Both the position numbers and the translations under genes were made by a program. The notes under the pieces are model-generated. The model was not told the DNA's origin, searched no databases, and saw only the letters and a program-made list of their open reading frames with translations. Of a stretch of 64,000 bases of DNA, positions 1-12,024 are shown in pieces. How positions within the stretch are numbered: the first letter of the stretch is position 1; the number at the start of each line of letters is the position of its first letter. The DNA comes from Utricularia gibba (Eukaryota > Plantae > Magnoliophyta), in contig NEEC01000011.1 of the NCBI GenBank assembly GCA_002189035.1, positions 2,232,001-2,296,000 of the forward strand, written 5' to 3'.

Positions 1-36
1 AGATGAGATGGGACATAGAATGAAATTCGAACGCAC

Positions 37-294
37 TTCCCACACGATCATAGCGTCTTGATTTATGCCTTTTCTTCCCTGTTGAGTAAACAAGCAGGCA
101 GTGCTGCTCCTACCGTTGGTGAAAATGCGGTTTGGAATGGAATATAAATCTTGCAGTGTAGCTACATTATCTGAAAACCAGCCCCGCCTCCTCCAGGGGA
201 GAAGATCTGCAATCAAACAAGAGGAAGAAGCTGCCTCTCTGTCGCTCCGGCTGCTGCAACCATTCGAGCTACTCTTTGAGACGCAACCACCCAT
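37..294 (-). CDS. Protein phosphatase 2C, first coding exon only (gene continues off the left edge); At4g03415/At1g03590-like
   Basis: Hand translation from ATG at 294: MGGCVSKSSSNG...SIPNRIFTNGRSSTACLFTQQGRKGINQDAMIVWE, followed by a GT donor at 36. QQGRKGINQDAM is the PP2C N-terminal motif. MGGC is a likely myristoylation/acylation start. Not in the ORF track because it is short. Confidence 0.85.
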
Positions 295-3200
295 TTTCTC
301 AACCCCACAAACAGCAGTTCATCTAGTAGATCTTAACTTCTGAAACACTCTTCTCCTTCCACTTCACACTGTTTTAAGGAAGCTCAAAAAACATCAGCGC
401 CCAAGTATTGACAGAAGAGTACAAAACAACAACTTCCTCATGCTTACAAATGGCACTAAAAGCTACTGCTGGATTGATCTAAATTCGATAATCCAACAAC
501 ATGATGTGAAGTATGCATATAATTTCTCTTCAACTATTCATCGCAAAGATGTCGCTTCACGGATCCCACAACATTTATAATTATTAAATGTTGCATAAGC
601 CATTATGTTAATAACCCCAAAACAATCACAGATCTCTGCAAGAGCATATTTAGAAAGTAAAGAATACAAGAGATCTGCTTTTCGAATCACTCGGAAATTT
701 GGTTCGCAACAGCACTAATAGAGATCCGTCACCCTTCTTTCGGTGAGTTTTTGTCGAACAGGTAAAGCGAAAAGAGAAAACAGAAGGAAAGAACCAGTCC
801 AAGAAGCAAAAAAGACGAGCAGATCATTACGGGGAAAGTAAACAGAAAAAAAAAAAAAGGCGAGAGCTCAGACCCCGAACGGAATGCGAGAAACTTTAAT
901 ACTCCTGGTAACACAAAAAACCCAGGATCAAGATTCAATTTTCACACCCATTTGGGCGATCCCGCCAGAAAAGGAACGGCATACAAGACAAAGTCAAGAG
1001 TTTTTTACCTTTGGAGTTTTGCGGGTTTAATACGGCACACATTTAGCAGAAGAATGTGACACCCATGAGGGGCATTCTCGAAATGATGAGAGCGAAGCTG
1101 CAGTTGCGTGTGAGACGATAAAAGACGCAAAAGTGAGAGCAGAAAGCTCGATCCTGGAAGGTGCAGTCACTGGAAGCGTATGTGGGAGGTGTATATGTGT
1201 TGCGTCTTAGGAGAAGGAGAGGTGAGGTTAGTGCAGTCCAGATGACATTGACACAAGCTCGCTTTAAGCCGCTATTCCTTTCCATTACTGCTATCGGAAA
1301 GTAACCCAGCCGCGTAGCGGCGCGTATCACACCCACACCGAATGATTCTCCCTTGGGCTTTTCCGGCAGTGGGCTCTGCTGCCGGCCCCTAACCCAAGTG
1401 AGGATCAAGTGAAAAGGAGAAAAAGAAGGATAAGAAGAAAAGCGCACGTGGCCTCCCTCTTCTTTTGCTTTTGTCCAATTCCCAAAAGTCAACCACATGG
1501 GCACATCTCCAAGATTCAATTCCCGGGGATCGATACAAATTCTTGTGAATCCCCCATGTTTGCGTGTTCTGTCATCCACCCACAAAGTAGCGCTTTCTGC
1601 AACACAGATAACACTCGCTCACATTCACCACATACCCTCTCCGGGTGAGCTTATACACTTAAACCCCTTGTTTAGTAATTGGTATAAGCACAGATATATG
1701 GTATGTTTGGTAATTGGTATAAGTTTTTTTCGATACATTTATTTATCTTACTATAAACATATATTTATCACACATGACACCCCTCCTTAAATTTATACTA
1801 ATATCATAAATAAATTTCTATCAATATAATATATACTGATATAACTACCAAATTTAGAGCTTCCTAATCACTGTCTTTCCATGAAACCCATGTTTTTTTA
1901 ACTCCCAAACTTTTGAGAAACTAGATTCAATGAGTAATAGAATCATCAATGTTTAGTGGAATAAGGGTTCTTAAGTTTCAATAAAAATATTTTCAAATGC
2001 TTCAATTTTTTTAAAACTTGAGATACCCCTACTTCAAAAAAAACTAAAATGCTTCTAGAATCATTTCTTCGGATTTGCACCAAAAAGACCTTAACCATCC
2101 AACTCCCTTCTCGTGTGATTTAGGGTTTTTTGACTTAATATATGCAGCATTATCGTGTGTTAGCATCCACTTGTCTGTGTTTGGTGCATCCCATGCCTAT
2201 AGTTTTAGAGTGTGTTTGTTAGTTAGGATGAGATTTAAAAAAAATAGTATTGATTAATTATTCAATGTTTTAAAAAATGCTAGTTAGTCTCTTGTTGTGG
2301 TCCATCCTTACCTTACCTCTGAAGCTCAGTTACGAGCATGACGTCAGCATCCATGGTGAAGGTTAGTGATCATTTGCTGCTGTCTAGCCTGATGAGTGAC
2401 GTAACTGAGAAGCGTCTGACTTTCACCCGGTACTCGAATAGGCCAGTGTCTGCACACAATGTTTCTATCGAGACTCCCCATTGGGTTTTGTCATCTTGAT
2501 CCAGCCACAGCACAGGTATCCCGTATATTATTTCCCAAGAGTTAGGGATTTGCAGGCGTACTCTTTCCTCTTCCTGTGATGGCAAAATCTGATCCTCTGG
2601 ATCATCCCTAGTGTTCTTTGTGGAACGAGCTGATTTGAAGTCCATACCCGTGCGGAGTCCAAAGGACAATGCCGGCGTGAAACGAGAGAAGGAAGACCGG
2701 ATCTTGGTCCCCCAGCAGCGTGCAAGTTGCAAAGCGACTGGTGGTTATCCTATAGGAGCAGCGGTGGTGACATCAGACAGAGGCTCCATTCCCTTTCAGC
2801 ATCACCATTTCAACTACAGGCATGGCTGGAAGCATCACCATTTCGGCCCTTTGGATTGTCATCCTGGAGCAGGGTCATGAGAGGTTTCCGGTGGTCTGCT
2901 CACACAGAAAACCAGATAACGAAGGAAGGGATGGAAGGACTTCCATGGGAGGAGAAGACGATCTTCGTGGCGCCCATTTTGACATACACACGAACAATGT
3001 CGGTCTCTTGCTTTCTACACTTGAAGGTGAGGAGATGATTCACTCCAGTTTGTCAAATGGTAAGAAGAAACAACTGAAACAAGGACTGAGGCGGCTCCTG
3101 GAGTCTCGGAACGTTCCAAACGCATCTGGACCGTTGATCACAAGTGCATCCGACGGCTCCTCTACGTCAAATTCATGAGAAATTCTAATTTAAGATTCCC

Positions 3201-3444
3201 AATTAACCGAGCATTTGAAATTCAAAGCCAAATTTTAACGTCACAATTGCCCCAACAATAAGAAAATATTTTTTATTTATTACATTTTTAATTGATGTTA
3301 AAATATTGATATTAATGTTTATTAAAAAGAATGATTTTAATGGGGATATTAATGTTAAATTTTGAACTTGCCCATGATTCTCTGATTCCTTCATATAATT
3401 GTTTGATCCATCTCCACCGGTTTATCTGCAGCGGCGGCGGGAGG

Positions 3445-3684
3445 ATGACGACCAACGACGGGGACTTGGGCCGGGGAAAGAATCTCTGTGACATACTGCA
3501 TTCCCCGAGTAACCGCTTCGAGAGGTCAAAGAGGAGGAGCCTGTTCCTCAAGGCGTACAGTTTCGAACGTGGCGATTCCAATTCAGGTGGGAAGACGAGG
3601 AGAATCCTCCGGCGGATGAAGTGGGCGGCGCTGGCATGCACGGCGGTGGCGAAACGGCGGTCTGCGGAGGCTGTGTCGCAGTAG
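3445..3684 (+). CDS. Small basic plant protein of unknown function (~79 aa)
   Basis: GC-rich island in AT-rich DNA. MTTNDGDLGRGKNL...RFERSKRRSLFLKAYSFERGDS...TRRILRRMKWAAL resembles the RxxFLxSYxF motif of small uncharacterised plant proteins (recollection only). Confidence 0.45.
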   Translation: MTTNDGDLGRGKNLCDILHSPSNRFERSKRRSLFLKAYSFERGDSNSGGKTRRILRRMKWAALACTAVAKRRSAEAVSQ

Positions 3685-3959
3685 CCCACCGGCGACTCGG
3701 GTACACTCACCAACGAGAGAAAGAGAGGGATTTTTTTACGCCGTTGTTCTTGTTTCGTAGGTTAGGATTTATTTTTTTAAAAGATTATTATGAGATATAA
3801 TAATTTGAATTCCGATTCCGCATTTAATTCCTCATAAAATCCACTTATTTTTCATCGGTTTGTTAAATATGAAAATTAAATCATAATAAGAATATAAAAT
3901 TTAATTTTTTTCACAATATTTGTTTTCTAAAAAAAATACAATGTCGATCGATCGATCGA

Positions 3960-5510
3960 TCATCTGCGTTCTCCGCGGCGAGCTCCTCCATCACAATCAA
4001 CTCCGTTGGCTGATGGAAATTCTCCACAGCCTTGGACAACGCCTGCCACTTCTCCCCATGTTTGGGCTCCGCGCCGACGCATCTGTTCAGCACGTCTTGC
4101 TGGCTTTCCTCGGTACCGCGTTGAAGTTGGAATTTGTAATACAATGCCCAGAAGTCTCCGATATCTGGAACCAGGATCTTGCTTTATCGACTTTACGCTC
4201 GAGCGGGAAGATCTTCCCGACGGCAGAGAGAACATGGGGATCATCACCCCATCTTTTGTCCGCGTCTCTTCTGTTGGTTCTGTACTGGGCCGAGGAGACA
4301 TCTCCACGCCCACGGAAGCGGCCCGGAGAATGCCGCTGGTGGGACGCTCCTGCAATGCCTTGGCCATTGGTATTTCAGCCTCCTTGAAATCATGCCGCGC
4401 CGCCACTCTGCACGAACTGAGGCCAGCCATTGGTCGGGGTGATGGGGGTCCTTTTCCTTGCCATGATCAGAACTGCTCAAGCTTTACTTATCCCGTTCAT
4501 CGAGATGAGCGACTGAAAGCCAGGGGAATGCAATTGGGGCAATGCTTCAACCCCGACTCGAATGCTTCTTTTGCCTTCCCTAGATTTCCAAGACGCTCTT
4601 CCAACTGCCCCAACATCAACCAATGCTTGAACAATGATGGATATTGTTGCAGCCCTTCATCCAGCAGCCTCCTCTCCTCGGCATTGTTTCATCCAAATTC
4701 TATGTTCCTCCCCTTTCTCTTGCCTTGGCAAGAAGCATCCTTTCTCTCTCAGGTTCATGATTCTAAAACTCAAGCTAGCTGCAAGCCATATGTCTTCGGT
4801 ATTGGGGATCGCTGCGCATGGCTCCTGCCTGATTGCCCAGCTGCAGGAACATCAGCAGCAAGCCACTTCTCCTTGGCATTTGATGCTCGATACTTCTCAA
4901 TATCTTCGACCTTCGAGAATCCATTCTCTTATCCATCGCCTCCCACCCCTCATCATGCTCTGCCGATGCAAACAACCCCGCATCTTTTCCCTCAAACTCA
5001 TCAAACTTCTGATTCTCATCATACCCTTTTCTCCTCATCATCCCCTTCCTGAGGACCCTTCCCACGCCCACAGCCAACGCCTGCCGCTGCCCCAGCGCCA
5101 ATCGCGGCAGCAGATCTATCTGGTAAACCAGGGGCTGCTCGGGCAGGACAATGTCCGAACGTGTGGTAAAGCCTGTGGCTCCAATGCCCAACCCAGCTAC
5201 ATAATTAGGCGGAGGTTTCGCACTCAGAAAATCTAACCTGCTTCTTGGAGCCACAGGCGCGTGCATCCCACCGAGGAGAAGGACGTGCAATTTCAAGGTT
5301 GAGATTTGTGAAATCTCAAGATCCGCAAGCGCTAAAAAAACTCCGCTTTCCGGGAAGGAAATCAACCGCGCCACCAAATAGAGACGCTGCTGCGACAGAG
5401 GTATGAGATAATTTCGTCGATATGGACGCCGAGAGCAGTAGAGTGGTCGTGGAAGGGTTCAGATTCAGAACTAGGGTTTCGTTCTTCCACGCCGAATTTA
5501 CGAACACCAT
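3960..5510 (-). pseudogene. STA1: Pseudogene of splicing factor PRP6/STA1 with a large internal deletion
   Basis: Across shifting frames: MVFVNS..TLVLNLNPSTTTL; LHVLLLGGM..KPPPNYVAGLGIGATGFTTRSDI; GYDENQKFDEFEG; IEKYRASN fused to AKEKWL; C-terminal YYKFQLQRGTEE..EPKHGEKWQALSKAVEN. Multiple frameshifts and in-frame stops (TAG at 4700-4702, TGA at 4477-4479). About 1.55 kb versus about 3.1 kb expected. Confidence 0.92.
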
Positions 5511-5939
5511 AGCTCCCGATCGTAGATTCAAAGAGAATACTCACGCTCTAATACCTTCTCCCCGGCAACTTTCTCATTTCATTTTTTAATTGGGCCGAAC
5601 GTAAACTCTAACGGCCCGCCCCCACCTGTGCCGAGACTCACCCCAATTTGGAGACGATAACAAAACCGACGGACGTTTCCTCAGGGCAAATCGCCGTCGT
5701 AGCATGACGGCAGCTGCTCCACAGATCTCACTCAATCAACCTTGGAAATTCTTGCTATTATACTTTTTTTCTATAAAGATGGATACCAAGAAGAAAAGTG
5801 GTGGTGATCAGGAAAACTTCTCTTCCCATTCCCAGATAGATCTGGTAAACGACTAAGTTAGCGAAGGAAGAAAGCTCTCTCTCCTTGGGAGAGGGCGACG
5901 ACGACCTAGAAGAGTACAAGCCTAGGAAGCAGCAACAAT

Positions 5940-6934
5940 TTACAAGAAATTGAGGCGCGACGTGTAGGTAGCTTTCGGAGCCCAGTCCCTGGGGATCACG
6001 TCTGCAGCCGCCAGTGTCTTGCCGCTCAGCAGCGTCGTCACCCGCACGGAGAACGGCCCCCGCAGCCCCGGTCCCCTGAGAATGCACCACGTCGCACCCC
6101 ACACGTGGCTCATTTCCAGCCATCCGTCCGAATTCGCCTGCAAGTACAAAATTTACAGTTATTTTTTAAATAATATACTATATATTCTGAAAAAAGAAAG
6201 TATTTAAATTGACTTGAAAGGTATTGACCTTGACCTTTCCTAATTAAAATATTAATTATTTCGAAATAAAATCCCAATATTTCTTGCCTCTTTTATCTGC
6301 ATGGAGCCGACGTCACCATCTCCGTCCATGAACTCGACCAGAAGCGAGAGCCAGTAGTCGGTGGATCCTTCGTTTATGTGGAAGGCAACGTCTTTTCCGG
6401 GGTACTTGCAGACGGTTCTGTACAGGAATAAGTTCTATGAAAAGAAAGCGACGCAGACGGACAGGTGAGCCCGGTGGTTTAAAGGTTTTATTTTTGTTTT
6501 TACCGGCGATAAATGATCGGAATGGCGCCGCGGTTGCGCAGCTGATCACCGTCGCCGGAGAGGGCGAGTCTCCCGAAGGCGGCGCCGCTGAGGTCGAAAT
6601 GGGTGGTGCCGCCGGAGCACAAGCCCCCCGGGCACTCGTCGGTGACGATGATCGTGACGGCCTTCTTGGAGCAGATGGAGGAGTCCAGGCACCTTATTTT
6701 GTAGCAGGCGCCGCACCCGAGTCCGCTCTTGAACAGCACTGGGCTCACGGCGCCCACGCGGGCATGTAACGGGGACACGTGTACCAGAGGCCCGTAACCG
6801 CAGGCTCCCCCGTCGCTGCCGTCTCCATCGGGACTCCCGTACCAGGTGGCCGTCGCTGGGCGCCATTGCAAGTCGGCGGCGGTTAGAATGCAGAGGCAGG
6901 AAACTGAGACCACACGGAAGAGGGCCGTCCCCAT
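5940..6934 (-). CDS. EXPB3: Beta-expansin (EXPB3/EXPB1 clade), 3 exons
   Basis: Exons 6934-6504, 6417-6288, 6137-5940. Signal peptide, then ATWYGSPDGDGSDGGACGYG, GCGACY, TDECPG, HFDLSG and WGATW..GPFS. TATA-like element near 7022-7030. The second intron has a GC donor (GAG|GCAAG). Confidence 0.95.
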
Positions 6935-7722
6935 ACCTTTCTGCCGGCGCCGTGTAAACTTCCAGTCCTCTACTTCCTCCTCACCGGAAAATTGGAAGAA
7001 AAGAGCAGACTGCACCACGTCTATTTATAACCGCATCCCCCTTTTTTTAATTCAAAATTAAAAAAATTCCCGGTTGGGACATTTATAAAATCATTTATAC
7101 TTTTAATCCCAATTTAATTATTAATTTAAAAATTAAAAATTAAAAATTAAAAATAATATTTATTTTTTTTAAAAAAATAGGATAAAAAAACATAAATATT
7201 TCGTGTTTGGGCACACAAGTTAATGTTATCACTGTAGCACGTGTGGTGGGCCCAGATAGCGGTTAGCGGTTAGGGAGTTAACTACCCAAAAAAGGAGGGA
7301 ATCCTGTGCAGTCCAGGAAGAGGTGGGGGCAGTTTAGTCATTTCGATGCGGGATTAAATGAGATGCATGTGAGCACATCTTTGTTAAGATGGGGACCGAG
7401 CCTCTTTGATCTTATGGTTTTGGTTGGTGACGAATGTAACATGTAATAATTCCACATGGGCTTCTATCCTATTCTTTTCCGTCAACGTCACCTGGCCCCA
7501 CTTTCAACGTCATTATTACGATTTTAATTTCTAAAAATACATGTCTTCCACTTTCTTGTTGCTCAAACCTTCCATCATCACCGGGTTCCTGGTCGGATTC
7601 ATCGAAAGATCTTGAAAATATCAACATGGTTTCATTTGTCGTTGGATCGATGCAAATTGTACAACAAAAATGGAGTGAAATTAGGATTGTTTTCAAAACA
7701 CAATGTGGAGTTCTGATACGCC

Positions 7723-8400
7723 TCAGAAGATGAGGAGGCAGAAGACTGTGCAGCAGCAAAGGAAGAAGCACAGCCTGCTCAGTGATCGGTTCACTTCTGT
7801 CATCTGCATTTGTTGCCTGGGCGTCATGCTGCTCAAGTAATGGTACACCCTCGTCTCGCCGTTTCCGAATATCCGGGCGTACACCATTTCACCCAACACG
7901 CCCCCGATCATGGGATCCAACACAGGGGCGGGAGATGTGGTGGGAGGTGGCTGATCTGAGACTGGTCTCACGCGGCTGTGATCGAGGAAATGGTGGAATC
8001 GGGAGGGGGTGTTGTTGGGTATGGAGAGCGGAGTCGAGGGGCGTTTGGGTATGGGTTGAATGTCAGTTTTGGAGGGGTTCATCTTGACCCCGCCACCGCG
8101 GCCGTAGAGTGGGATTAGTGTCTGTTCTGAGACCTCGGTCTTGCAAACGGGGCAGAGGGGCTTCTGTTCGTCTGGTTTTTCAAGGGAACAGATGATCCAT
8201 TTGTAGATGCACCTCCAGCAATAGAGATGGCCACAGAGAGTGACCATTGGATCCTGCACAAGGTCCAGGCAGATGTTGCATTCGAAGCCTTGGTTTGGAT
8301 TTGGCTCAGGCTGATCGAGTTTGGAGGCGATGGATCTGCAGCTCACTTCATTGGCATGGTTGCTGTCCATTGCTTCTCCTGCTCGGAGATACTGCTCCAT
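7723..8400 (-). CDS. RMA1: RING-HC membrane-anchored E3 ubiquitin ligase (RMA1/RMA1H1 family)
   Basis: FECNICLDLVQDPMVTLCGHLYCWRCIYKW...CPVCK RING-HC, PLYGRG motif and a hydrophobic C-terminal anchor (SLSRLCFFLCCCTVFCLLIF). Single coding exon with a 5' UTR intron upstream. Confidence 0.93.
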   Translation of the reverse strand: MEQYLRAGEAMDSNHANEVSCRSIASKLDQPEPNPNQGFECNICLDLVQDPMVTLCGHLYCWRCIYKWIICSLEKPDEQKPLCPVCKTEVSEQTLIPLYGRGGGVKMNPSKTDIQPIPKRPSTPLSIPNNTPSRFHHFLDHSRVRPVSDQPPPTTSPAPVLDPMIGGVLGEMVYARIFGNGETRVYHYLSSMTPRQQMQMTEVNRSLSRLCFFLCCCTVFCLLIF

Positions 8401-10103
8401 CTCAGCACAAACAAACCTGTTAACAAAACAGGCTCACTTAAGCCGTGTAGTCGACTCAGACAGAAGATCAGAAACATAACGCAGCAACATAACCAATATA
8501 GGAGTACGACTCAAATAACCAAGTTTAAAATATGTGGTGAATAAGTCTCACAGGATAGAAAGGCACGTCCAAGCATCAAGCTTAAGAAAAAGGAAATTAT
8601 CATTCTGTTTCAACATTGGAGATAAGAGTAACATCACAACAATGGCCAACTTTAAAATCAAGAATGCGGAAGATAACTTTTGAATAACAAAGAAGAACAG
8701 AACACATAACAGCCATCAAGTAGGATTCAGAAGCAAAAATGAGGAAGTGATCTGAGGAAAGGTTTTTATGAACAGAGGAAACCTCAAAAGAAAATGTTCC
8801 AGAGTAAGATTGGATCATACGCTTCAATCCATAGAGATTTCTGATCCAGGAAAACCAATGCCATCAACCTTCATCTTCATTATTCAACACTCGAATACAT
8901 TAAACAAAAAGAAAACAACTTTACCCAAAGAGACGAAGGAACATACAAAACCTTATTCGCGCGATGACCCACAGGCTGAATCCACCAACAGGCTTCAAGG
9001 AAACAAAACCCTTCGGCTTCAGGGAAATGACAACTCCAACAGCTGACCAAAAAGGAAGGGGGAGAAGTCCAAGATGAACGCTTTTTAAAAGGGGGAAAAA
9101 AATGCAGTGGGCGATCAGGCAAATGAGCCCACCGATTAGCTTTATCATCAGAGAAAGATCCAATACCTTAGGGTGGAGGCGTCGTCGTAGGGGCCGAACG
9201 AATTGTCCAACTCAATTCTCTGTGGGCAATCGCAATCGTGGCCTCCCACCTCCGGATGATCTCACATAAAAGTCTCCGGACGCCCTTCTGGAAAAAGGTT
9301 CAGCACATCCGCAATGGCAACCACCAATCCCTAATTTCCATCACCTTCCTCAGAAAATTGGCCCTTCTTAGAGCCTGGGTATTGACACGAAACCGTCACT
9401 GCAAGGAACCTTGTCCTCGCCAACCGACAACAAGTGCGTGGATACACGTGGCGGGGGCAACGTCTCGGTTTCACAGAAATTAAATTTGTAAAATATTCAA
9501 AATATATATTTAATATTTTTTAATAAATTGTGCATACGACATCGTTTGATATTTTTATAGTATACATTTAAATATAATAAATAATTAATTTCAAAAGAAT
9601 AGACCATTGCGAGTATATATCACATTAAATAAAAGTATTCTTTTAATCTTATATGAGTATTTTTCTTTATAATAAAAAGACGTAAAATCATGTGAATTAT
9701 ATATTCGAAGAATGTGTTTGATAGAAAATAGAAATTGGATAATTAAATGAAAAAATGAAAGTATACTGTTTATTAAATGTGATGAAATAATAAAAGTTGA
9801 AGTATTGAAATAAAATTATACTGTCATATATCCATTTTTATCCTAATTATAACTTATTCATGTACTAAACAAATTCAAAATGTACAATATATTAAAAGCA
9901 AAACTGATAGCTTATATATTGTGTGTTTACTTTGGTCGGCATAGGCGACCGATGGAGCCAAAAAGAGGTGACCCATGGACCATTGAACAGGGAAAGAAGT
10001 GGCGAAACAATGAAACCCATCTCTGCCAGAAATCTGAAGTCAAGCCACTAGAATTTTCCGCCGACGACTCTACTTTTGACTCCCGGCTGAAGGATCCACA
10101 GAA

Positions 10104-10590
10104 ATGGAGGAAGATAACCCAGGGGAGCCCGCTGGTTCGGTGCTTCTCTTCAAGCTCATGAGCAAAAGAAGGACTTGGGTATGCCTGTTCGTAGTAGTGT
10201 ACGCGACTCTGCTTTCCCTTTCGTGGAACCTCCTCAAATCTGTTCTTTCGTGGTATGAAGTCAAATCGTCTGCGGATTCTTCATCTGGGTGGTCTGCGTT
10301 GTACCCCTCGGTTCTCTTGGGGGCCGCTTTTGGGTTCTATCGGCGGTATCCGCGCTGGCGGTGGCGGTGCCGGCGACATTGGTAACGTGGATAACGTTGC
10401 TGGTGATGTTGGCTTTCTGTGGGAAACCTAGAAAGACTCTGGTTGTAGAAGGGAAGAAATTGACGGCGGAGATTACTAGGTCTGTGGCTAGGATTTTGAT
10501 CAAGGAAGGGAACATTGTGGCGGCGATTTGCGCTGTTGTGGGTACTTCGTCTTAGCAGGTAGGAACAAGGAGCCTGCTAATTTTGATTGA
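10104..10590 (+). CDS. Conserved uncharacterised plant membrane protein (~160 aa); two 1-bp G-run frameshifts, probably sequencing errors
   Basis: Joining ORFs 10104 and 10289 gives MSKRRTWVCLFVVVY..LYPSVLLGAAFG[V]LSAVSALAVAVPATLVTWITLLVMLAFCGKPRK..KEGNIVAAICAVVG[Y]FVLAGRNKEPANFD*. One extra G at 10332-10334 and one at 10540-10542 restore a single ORF. Confidence 0.75.
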
Positions 10591-12024
10591 GATCTCATCA
10601 AGATTAGATCTTTCTTTTTTGGGCTCCTGCGTGTACACTAATTTGAGGTTTTGAAGCAGATGATGATCGATGATCATCTTGTCAGTTGTACACTAATTAG
10701 GTTTTGAATGCATCTAATCTTCAAAGTTTTTGAATATTTGAGGAAGTATTGGGAGAAAGCTGCGTTCTTTTCTCTGTAATTTGCGCCGCGTCGATCTATT
10801 CAGGGCTTCAAAAAGCTGAATGAAACTTCCATTTTGAAACACTGTTCGCATAAATGGCGTCACAGTATCAAGAAAAGCTTCCATTTTGAACTCCAATGCA
10901 GGCCTCACTGTTCATATTGGCGATCCTCAACTTTTTTCAAATGAACCATCTGATGCTTGGACTGAGATCGAGTGGCAAACCTGCAGAGGATCCAAGGCAG
11001 ATAAAAGTACATGCTTCGCTGTGGGAGCCCTCTCGAACAGTTCTTCCTCTGCAGACGACAGGTCCCAGATAGTTGTGATCCTTGCGTTAAGCTCCAGCAC
11101 GTAACCTCTCAAGCACTGACTGAGGAAACAACAGAATCCCATGACCATGCAGCTGATGAAGTGATGCAGATTTGGACCCAAGAGGGTAAATAGAGAGCAA
11201 CCATGCTGGTATTCTTTCCCTGCTCGATGAGAATACATCTAACAATTTGTTGCTTTCTGAACTTGCCCGTTTCCCAGATACACTATTGGTGTAGTGTAAT
11301 AACTCCCCCCCCCCCTGAAAAAATTTTGTATACACGTCGTAGTTCTTGGATTCAACCGTAGTATGTATCAGAATCAGATAAAAGCCACCGAAAACCTACA
11401 GAACAACTGGAATGACTTTAGACGAATTCTACATGAATTACAGAGAATGAGATTGAGTAGAAAGGTTCAGTAAATTTTGGATGATTCCTTTTTATGTACA
11501 TGACGGAGAATCCTTAATAGTAACTCTAAAATTACGTATGTTTTCTATAATAATGTGAAAATGATTGAAAAAAAGAAAAAAACGTAAAAATATGAAATTT
11601 AAGTGTTCTAAATATCTAATATTTTATAAGATGAATATGAATCGTTACATTTTTACTATCCAACCCATTCAACTTTCTTTAAAATAAATAAATTAGGATC
11701 CCTTATTTAATTTAAACTTTGTTGAAAAAAAATCCTTTTACTACTATATAAAAGTATCAAATAAACATTATATTCCTATTTTATTTCAACTATTCTATTT
11801 TAAAATTTTAAAAATAAAAAAATATTCATTTATATGTTTTTCTATTTTTGAAATTGTCCCAAATGTCGTACTTTGGATACCTATTTCTTTAGCCACAAGA
11901 CTCTCTCCCACTACTTGTCTTCCACTTGTTACCCTTGAAATGGCAATCTTTCCATTTTGCTGATTCCCGACTATATAACCCTCCCACCTCCACACCTGTC
12001 TCCTCTTCTTCTCCCCACATCGGA

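Noticed and set aside
1043-1585. 180-aa minus ORF containing VDDRT..GGFTRICID, faintly like LINE ORF1 (VD..T..G.FARVC)
   Set aside because: The match is a few residues with wrong spacing and no other LINE hallmark. The ORF runs into the PP2C promoter and leader.
10332-10542. Two frameshifts suggesting the membrane-protein gene is a pseudogene
   Set aside because: Both are single missing Gs in G-runs with no other lesions. This is the typical long-read homopolymer error pattern.
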